A DNA stretch of 64,000 nt from IMG/VR virus record IMGVR_UViG_3300014720_004424; one strand, written 5' to 3'. Source of the stretch: an uncultured virus (IMG/VR IMGVR_UViG_3300014720_004424) (lineage: Duplodnaviria; Heunggongvirae; Uroviricota; Caudoviricetes). Of the stretch, positions 57,575 to 64,000 are shown in pieces; the first letter of the stretch is position 1; the number at the start of each line of letters is the position of its first letter. The notes beneath the pieces were generated by a model. It was not told where the DNA came from, searched no databases, and worked only from the letters and a program-made list of their open reading frames with translations. The position numbers were made by a program, and so were the translations under genes.

Positions 57575-60043
57575 ATGTCAATACAAAGGATCACAAAGGA
57601 CAACATCGAGTTCTTTACTCTGAACACGTATCCAGAGCGAACATACACATCTTCTTCTAGCGGAATTACAGGATCAGTTCTCTTGTTTGCAAGAGAGAAC
57701 AGAGTTTTGAAGGACGCAGTTCCTAATGAGGATTTTGGCGAGTCAATTTTCTCTGCAAATTCTATTGAAGAAGCAAGGAGAACAATTGTAAGAGCAGCTG
57801 AGTCTGGAAGTAACATTCTAGGAGGAGCGGAGGATTACCTCAAGGCGGTGAACAGCGCATCCCTGTCTGAAGCATTTAGCAAGCGTCTTGAGGTCACAAG
57901 ATTTGTTCCTGACGTCAAATTTTCCAAGGACACACTTCGGAAATCAGTTACAAAAAATGTGCTATTTGACTACTACAGGTCTCAGTATCCTTTTCTCAAC
58001 TGGGCTTTTACCAACTATCACACTTTAAACTTTTTCACTGGATCCACAGTACCATCAAATAGCGCGCTGATATACCCAGCTGGCACAAGTTCTCTTGGGG
58101 GCGGCGATAAATTTCCATACTCGCCGCCTGCGTCTTTTACATTCGAATTCTACATAAATCCAAGGTACACAAATGACACGCCTAGCAGCGACTTTAAGGC
58201 TGGGACCGTGTTTCACCTGTCCTCTTCCTACGCTGTTTCTCTAATTTCTGGAAGCACAAAGGACATCAACGGTTTTGTTGACTCGTATAAAATACTGCTT
58301 CAGTTGAGCCACAGCGCCGATATTGCTCCCTCAACAATTGCTCCCGGCGTGAGTGGATTCACGACATCGCTCGCAGGTGCCTATAGAACAGATCTTATTT
58401 ACACGTCATCTGACATTCCAAGAAATAGATGGACTCACGTCGCAATTAGGTGGGAGGCACCAACAACTGCTTCTATAGAAGCTGCAAATAAGCACACAGG
58501 CTCTATAGTTCTTAACGGTGCTGTTGATAGAGTTTTTGTAATACCCTCTTCCAGCCTATGCCCACAGTCATTTGACAATCCTCAGGGAGACCCTGACGCT
58601 TTCTTCATAGGCAACTATTTTAATGGACCAAACAATGGTGGGTCAGGTGTGCTCCTGTCAAGATTCTTTAATGCCTATGCTGCATGGCATGAGGGTCTAA
58701 CTCCTGCATATACTGATATTGTAGATGAGACAACTGTCCCCCTGGGTCCGTCTCTGACAGACAATAATGACACACAGTACACTCTAAATCATCCTCTCAA
58801 CGCAGAGATACACGACATAAGGATCTACGGCGCACACAGGTCTCTACAACAGATACAGAGTGATGCTGCTGCAGGACCTAGCACGCTAGGTGAGGACTTG
58901 CTGTTCTATTTGCCTCCATTTTTTGTCAAGGAGACAAGAGAGCGCGACATCCTGCAGACGCCCTTTAAGTCCGTGCGGACAACCACAGACGATCCTTTTA
59001 ATGTGGCCCTATCGTTCGGAGTTGCAGGCAGGCTTATAAATCTCCCAAATTTCACCAGAGAGTTTGTGCTGAAGGAGTACCCGCGACTTTTTCACCTTTC
59101 TGCTTCAACAATCAACACTTCAACGACCGCAGAGCCTGCTAACAATTTCCTCTACTCAAATAACTCAACTGTCAAGGGAAATTTGACGGTCCTGCCCAAC
59201 GACAACGGATTGTTTAAGCCAAACTTTGACCTGCTGATGACGGGAACAAGTCCAATGACAAGCCCACCAGCGTCAGGCACACTGACAGATAAATTTGTCT
59301 CAGACACAAATGTGTTGAGGTATGATCTCGTGAGCTTGAATGATATGGTCGAAACTTCGTCTTATATCACACAAATTGCGCCGTTTGAGATATCAGCACT
59401 GTCCACAGGCACAATCTCGGCAGCTCTGCAAGGATCGACGCCTGAGGATCCTGGACTTGAAAGCGGCCCCATCCTGACTGTGCTTGACAGGACAAGAGAT
59501 CCATCGTCGAATGAGGTGGAATTCTTTGACGTGTCTAATATGTTCTACGGTGGAAAGATCATGCAGGAGTCTTTCTCAATCTATGACTCAAGTCTAACGG
59601 GATCAGGAGGAAAGGTTTCAATGCGCCTCAGGGACAACGGTATGGGTGGACTATATAGAGCGGATGCTGAGTCCTTAAACGCCTTGTGGAGCACTGTTGG
59701 ATCAATTGTGTACGATGAGGGAATATCTGTCGTTACTGATCCGACTGCAATTCACTTTGGAAAAGATCAATTTGAGGTCAAGATGACGGGAGTGCGACCT
59801 GTCTTCGTCAAGGAGATTAATGTTCTAGCTTCTGCAGGGACTGTTAACTCCTCATCAAATCCAAACTGGAAGCAGCTTGCACCCTCAGATAATCCAAACG
59901 AGACTGCAAATCAGTTTGTTTACATCACACATGTAAATCTTCACGATGATAATTTCAATATCATCGGAAAGGCGACTCTCGCTCAGCCTCTTGTAAAGAG
60001 AGACGATGATAAATTCTTAGTGCGTCTAAAGATGGACTACTGA
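57575..60043 (+). CDS. putative virion structural protein with LamG domain; C-terminus paralogous to 56250-57551
   Basis: FTFEFYINP, WTHVAIRW, AEIHDIRIY (LamG); VGSIVYDEG, NSSSNPNW, YITHVNLHDDNFNIIGKATLAQPLVK..VRLKMDY. Confidence 0.65.
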   Translation: MSIQRITKDNIEFFTLNTYPERTYTSSSSGITGSVLLFARENRVLKDAVPNEDFGESIFSANSIEEARRTIVRAAESGSNILGGAEDYLKAVNSASLSEAFSKRLEVTRFVPDVKFSKDTLRKSVTKNVLFDYYRSQYPFLNWAFTNYHTLNFFTGSTVPSNSALIYPAGTSSLGGGDKFPYSPPASFTFEFYINPRYTNDTPSSDFKAGTVFHLSSSYAVSLISGSTKDINGFVDSYKILLQLSHSADIAPSTIAPGVSGFTTSLAGAYRTDLIYTSSDIPRNRWTHVAIRWEAPTTASIEAANKHTGSIVLNGAVDRVFVIPSSSLCPQSFDNPQGDPDAFFIGNYFNGPNNGGSGVLLSRFFNAYAAWHEGLTPAYTDIVDETTVPLGPSLTDNNDTQYTLNHPLNAEIHDIRIYGAHRSLQQIQSDAAAGPSTLGEDLLFYLPPFFVKETRERDILQTPFKSVRTTTDDPFNVALSFGVAGRLINLPNFTREFVLKEYPRLFHLSASTINTSTTAEPANNFLYSNNSTVKGNLTVLPNDNGLFKPNFDLLMTGTSPMTSPPASGTLTDKFVSDTNVLRYDLVSLNDMVETSSYITQIAPFEISALSTGTISAALQGSTPEDPGLESGPILTVLDRTRDPSSNEVEFFDVSNMFYGGKIMQESFSIYDSSLTGSGGKVSMRLRDNGMGGLYRADAESLNALWSTVGSIVYDEGISVVTDPTAIHFGKDQFEVKMTGVRPVFVKEINVLASAGTVNSSSNPNWKQLAPSDNPNETANQFVYITHVNLHDDNFNIIGKATLAQPLVKRDDDKFLVRLKMDY

Positions 60044-60615
60044 TGCCTGAATACTACCTTGGCTTAGACATCTCAACAAGCTGCACAGGATGGTGTGTAG
60101 GAAAATTTAACGAGTCTGGTCCCGTCTCTGTTCAGATGGGAGCAATTAAGCTTGACAGCGCTGATGATCTGATAGGCAAGGCATACATTGTAAGGGATGA
60201 GATCCTGAAAATAAGCAGGGAGTTTTGTCTTAGCAGGATCTACATCGAGGAGAACATGCAGGCATTTCGACCGGGTGCATCATCGGCACAGACGCTTGTG
60301 AAACTTGCAAAATTTAATGGAATTGTGATGTTCTTGTGCCATCAGGTGACACAAATTTCTCCAATCAGCGTCAATGTCAACAAGGCCAGAAAAACTTTAG
60401 GAATTAATCTTCAGCGTGAAAAAGTCTGTGGAATTCCAACTAAAGTTCAAATTCATAATTGGGCTCAAGGACACGCCCTTCTGGAGTCGTATAAGTGGCC
60501 TACAAAGGTGATATCATCAGGCCCTAGAAAAGGCTCATCTGTCCTAGACACTAGCGCATATGACATAGCCGACGCATTTGTCATTTGTGTGTCAGGGCCC
60601 ATCGTGTCTGTGTGA
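60043..60615 (+). CDS. RuvC-like Holliday junction resolvase
   Basis: LGLDISTSCTGW, IYIEE, LAKFNGIV, YDIADAFVI (RNase H-fold acidic residues). Confidence 0.75.
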   Translation: MPEYYLGLDISTSCTGWCVGKFNESGPVSVQMGAIKLDSADDLIGKAYIVRDEILKISREFCLSRIYIEENMQAFRPGASSAQTLVKLAKFNGIVMFLCHQVTQISPISVNVNKARKTLGINLQREKVCGIPTKVQIHNWAQGHALLESYKWPTKVISSGPRKGSSVLDTSAYDIADAFVICVSGPIVSV

Positions 60616-60647
60616 ACATGCAAGAGAATTATTGTAGAATTGTTTGA

Positions 60648-61622
60648 TTGTCAAACTTGTCTAAAAAGGTTGCCCTTCTCAATGACGCGTTTGGAAGGGG
60701 AGATCTTTCCCGAGATGAGTCTGATATTGTTCTCACCTGCCCTTCCTGCAAGAAGACAGGCAAGCTGAAGAAGAAGCTCAGCGTTCGACTCGACGACGGT
60801 GTGTACCACTGCTGGGTGTGTGGCCTCAAGGGACACAACATAGAGGTTCTATTCAGAAAGTTCTCTCCGAGACATCTGGATGCTGTCAGGGAGATTAAGT
60901 TTGGAAGGCATGAGGTAAATCATAGGCACGAAGAGGATGTCACAGAGGGTCACCCAGAGGTCCAGATGCCTTCTGGATTTGTTCTGCTCGGAGCCTCCCT
61001 AAAGTCAAGCGACCCAGACATCAAGGACACGATACGATACTGTTACGATAGAGGACTTACAGATCACGATCTGTGGTACTTTAAGCTAGGAACTTTTAAG
61101 GATGGAAGCCTGAGAAGAAGAGTTGTTTTTCCCTCATTTGACTCAGAGGGTCATTTAAACTACTTTACCGCCAGATCAATAGACGGGTCTGATAGGATGA
61201 AATACATCAACGCAAAAGTTTCCAAGAAGTCTGTCATATTCAATGAGATCAATATCGACTGGAGGCGTGAACTCACGCTTGTTGAGGGCCCCTTTGATCT
61301 CACAAAGTCAAATGGAAATACCGCGTGCTTGCTCGGGTCTCACTTGTCAAAAGACAGTGAGCTATTTAAGAAAATTGCGAGGCATGGAACTCCAATTCTC
61401 CTCGCGTTAGATCCGGATGCGAGAAGAAAATCTCACGATATCGCTAAGCTTTTAAGCTCATACGGTGTCGCAATTAGGACTGTCGATGTTCCTGTGGGAA
61501 GGGACGTCGGTGACATGTCTAAAAGTGAGTTTAAGGGCCTCATTAAAAGTGCAGCAGAGTGGGACAGGCGTGACAGGCTGCTGCATATGATATCTAATAT
61601 TAAGACTGGATCAATAATTTAG
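60648..61622 (+). CDS. DNA primase (Zn finger + TOPRIM)
   Basis: CPSC..KLSV....YHCWVCG, RVVFP, YFTARS, KYIN, LVEGPFD, ALDPDA, DVGDM. Confidence 0.85.
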   Translation: MSNLSKKVALLNDAFGRGDLSRDESDIVLTCPSCKKTGKLKKKLSVRLDDGVYHCWVCGLKGHNIEVLFRKFSPRHLDAVREIKFGRHEVNHRHEEDVTEGHPEVQMPSGFVLLGASLKSSDPDIKDTIRYCYDRGLTDHDLWYFKLGTFKDGSLRRRVVFPSFDSEGHLNYFTARSIDGSDRMKYINAKVSKKSVIFNEINIDWRRELTLVEGPFDLTKSNGNTACLLGSHLSKDSELFKKIARHGTPILLALDPDARRKSHDIAKLLSSYGVAIRTVDVPVGRDVGDMSKSEFKGLIKSAAEWDRRDRLLHMISNIKTGSII

Positions 61623-61633
61623 AGGAGTTTTCA

Positions 61634-64000
61634 ATGAAGCTTCGATGCGTACACCTTAGCGACATACACTGGAGAGGCCTCTCACGACATGAGGAGTACC
61701 GTGAGACGTTTGAGGGAATGTTCTCAAAGGTGAGAGAGCTTAATCCTAATCTCATTTTTATTGGTGGAGATATACTTCACACCAAGACACAGGGTATCTC
61801 TCCTGAGATTATCGACTGCCTCAATTGGTGGTTCACGGAGATGGCAAAGATATGTCCCGTTCACGTCATTCTAGGGAACCATGATGGCCTTATTATGAAC
61901 AAGGACAGGCAGGACGCGATCTCTCCTATCATCAATGCGCTAAACTCTCCAAATATTCATCTTTATAAGAAGTCAGGGGTCTACCCCACGGGAATTCCAG
62001 GTTTTAACTGGTGCGTGTTCTCCTGTTTTGATGAGGAGGGCTGGCCCACAGTAAAGCCTGCCCCTGGTGAGATCAATATTGCGACGTTTCATGGTGGTGT
62101 TCTAGGATCAGTGACAGACATTGACTGGGACATTGACGGTGAAATTGACGTCTCATTTTTTAAGGACTATGACTTTGCTTTCTTAGGCGATATTCACAAG
62201 CTTCAGTACCTTGATCCTGAAAAAAGAGTGGCATATCCAGGCTCCACGATTCAACAGAACTACGGTGAAGGCACAGGAAAGGGCTTTTTATTCTGGGAGA
62301 TTGACTCAAGGGATGAGTATCGGAGCACATTTTACGAGGTTGCACACAGCAAGCCCTTTGTTACTGTTGAGTGGGGAGGAACAGTCCCTGAGACTGTGAA
62401 GAACTGCCTCAGCTATCCTATTGGCACTAGGTATAGAATCAGAACATCTTCTCAGATCTCGCACGCTGAGATGAAACAGCTGTTTGGAGAGCTAAAGGAG
62501 CTAAGAAAGCCCACTGAGATTGTTTTCAAGGACGAGCAGGACAAGGACACAAAGACTGCAGTCGTTGCAAAAAGTCAATACAGCAGAGAAAATCTTAGAA
62601 ATCTTCAGACACAAATATCCCTGATGAAGGATTTTTACTCAACCGTAAAATTGTCAGAAGATGAGTGGAAGAGCCTTGAGATGCTGACAGCGAAGTATTT
62701 TAACGCTGCATCACACAGTGACTGCGTTAGAAATATCAAGTGGTCGATCAAGAAGCTCCAGTTTGACAATGTTTTCTCCTATGGAAAGGGAAACTTAATA
62801 AATTTTGACTCTCTAAAGGGCATTACTGGAATCTTTGGTAGGAATAGGGCAGGAAAGTCCTCAATTCCAGGCACAATTATGTACGGTCTTTACAACACCA
62901 CAGACCGAGGCGCAATGAGCAATCTCCACGTAATCAACATGCGCAAGGGACACTGTGAGGTGAAGATGGACATCTCAGCAAATGGAGACTTTTATCGTCT
63001 TGAGAGACAGTCTGTTAGAAAAAATAACAGGAGCGGTGGAGAAAGCGCTGTAACACAGCTAAATTTTTACAGCCTTGACGAGGATGGAAACATCATCAAA
63101 GACTTGAATGGTGAGCAGAGGAGAGACACTGAAAAGTTTCTAAGGGCTGTAGTGGGCACTGCAGACGATTTTTTGATGACATCACTTGCTAGCCAGGGTG
63201 AGATGAATACCTTCATAAATCACAAGGCGTCCGCTAGAAAGACTATTCTCACAAAATTCTTGGACCTTGAAATCTTTGATGAAATGTGCTCGCTAGCGAA
63301 GGCAGACGCTGCTGCAGCAAAAGCGCTTCTTTCAAACGTTCCTGATCGGGACTGGGATGCGATGATCTCTGATCTTGTGACAGAAAAATCAACCAAGGAA
63401 AAGGAAAAGATCGAGGCTGAGAGAGCTCTTGATGTTCTTCGACTGAAGCTCCAGAAGGCGCAGATAGACCTTGCCACCTTTAACACAAAATCTCTCGTGA
63501 CCCAGGAGGACGTTGACGAGAAGGCCGCACAGCTGGAAGCAAAGAGAAACGAGCTTTTGGCGTCTGAGGCTCACTGTGCTTCTCTTTCCAAAGAAGTCAC
63601 TTCAATTGAGGAAAAGATCACATCGATTTCTGAGTTAAAGAAGCAATTTCCAATTTCTGACTTAAAGTCAAGGTTTGAAGAGCGCCAAGATCTAGAGAGA
63701 AGCCTCCTGGAGCTCAAACACGCTCTAGAGACAGAGAAAAATTCCGTCTCTGTTCACAAAAAGTCCCTCAAGCTCCTTGAGGAGGTGCCGTGCGGCGACA
63801 AGTATCCGACCTGCAAGTTCATTAAGTCTTCACACGAGAGCAGAAAGAAAATTCCAAGCCATGAGTCTAAGGTGACTGAGCTTGTTGATAGAATTGCTGC
63901 GTCTGCGAAGACTCTGACTTCACTTGACAGAGAGAATTTGAAGGAAAAAATTGAGAAGTATAATCAAGTCTTGGAGAAGGAGCGAGATGGCCAGATTCGA
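61634..64000 (+). CDS. fused Mre11/SbcD nuclease - Rad50/SbcC ATPase (gp47-gp46-like), truncated by window end
   Basis: not in ORF track because no stop occurs before the window end; ATG 61634 after GAGGAG; SDIH, GGDILH, LGNHDG, FHG, LGDIHK, YPGS; same frame continues into WSIKKLQFDNVFSYG, Walker A GRNRAGKSS (62837), SQG Q-loop and coiled coil. Confidence 0.88.
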   Translation, partial: MKLRCVHLSDIHWRGLSRHEEYRETFEGMFSKVRELNPNLIFIGGDILHTKTQGISPEIIDCLNWWFTEMAKICPVHVILGNHDGLIMNKDRQDAISPIINALNSPNIHLYKKSGVYPTGIPGFNWCVFSCFDEEGWPTVKPAPGEINIATFHGGVLGSVTDIDWDIDGEIDVSFFKDYDFAFLGDIHKLQYLDPEKRVAYPGSTIQQNYGEGTGKGFLFWEIDSRDEYRSTFYEVAHSKPFVTVEWGGTVPETVKNCLSYPIGTRYRIRTSSQISHAEMKQLFGELKELRKPTEIVFKDEQDKDTKTAVVAKSQYSRENLRNLQTQISLMKDFYSTVKLSEDEWKSLEMLTAKYFNAASHSDCVRNIKWSIKKLQFDNVFSYGKGNLINFDSLKGITGIFGRNRAGKSSIPGTIMYGLYNTTDRGAMSNLHVINMRKGHCEVKMDISANGDFYRLERQSVRKNNRSGGESAVTQLNFYSLDEDGNIIKDLNGEQRRDTEKFLRAVVGTADDFLMTSLASQGEMNTFINHKASARKTILTKFLDLEIFDEMCSLAKADAAAAKALLSNVPDRDWDAMISDLVTEKSTKEKEKIEAERALDVLRLKLQKAQIDLATFNTKSLVTQEDVDEKAAQLEAKRNELLASEAHCASLSKEVTSIEEKITSISELKKQFPISDLKSRFEERQDLERSLLELKHALETEKNSVSVHKKSLKLLEEVPCGDKYPTCKFIKSSHESRKKIPSHESKVTELVDRIAASAKTLTSLDRENLKEKIEKYNQVLEKERDGQIR

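Noticed and set aside
60612..60640. Possible sigma-70 promoter GTGAAC-N17-TAGAAT before primase
   Set aside because: -35 match too weak to call from sequence alone
62160..63574. Short ORFs listed in the track near the window end
   Set aside because: All overlap the open Mre11-Rad50 frame that the track omitted
1..64000. Stop-codon reassignment, introns or inteins
   Set aside because: Genes are full length under the standard code, TAA/TAG/TGA all end genes, and no split genes or intein motifs were seen

Overview
This window looks like a gene-dense segment of a large, uncultured tailed phage (jumbo myovirus-like), not a cellular genome; it uses the standard genetic code and most genes overlap or abut on the + strand. 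Five blocks are visible. (1) 1-7.5 kb, host-takeover and proteostasis genes: PrkA/YeaG C-terminus, a degenerate GroEL-like protein, YkuK-type RNase H-like protein, Hc1 histone-like protein, a complete tmRNA (tag ANDNSYADLALAA), a tubulin/FtsZ-family GTPase, a Cys-rich stand-alone sigma region-4 protein and PIN-PhoH. (2) 7.5-12.6 kb, fibre/adhesin genes converging on a bidirectional terminator: SHAEG beta-roll repeats, PKD+DUF285 protein, paralogous small lectin-like domains. (3) 12.7-30 kb, a glycan locus: 7 glycosyltransferase genes, methyltransferases, a kinase-methyltransferase fusion, PIG-L deacetylase, WbqC, fcl, gmd, a nucleotide-sugar dehydrogenase and epimerases, interrupted by a Cas4-like nuclease. 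No flippase, polymerase or exporter is present. (4) 30.3-60 kb, a sigma factor followed by contractile-tail baseplate genes (gp5-, gp25-, gp6/J-like) and very large structural ORFs. (5) 60-64 kb, RuvC-like resolvase, primase and a single ORF fusing Mre11/SbcD to Rad50/SbcC that runs off the window end. An ATA[CTG]TTA motif in seven intergenic gaps is a probable late promoter. The best candidate for an undescribed system is a soluble virion-glycosylation pathway, possibly acting on (S/T)-G-S-rich tail proteins, controlled from an inverted-repeat-bounded divergent promoter region. All family calls are motif recognition by eye; no searches were run.
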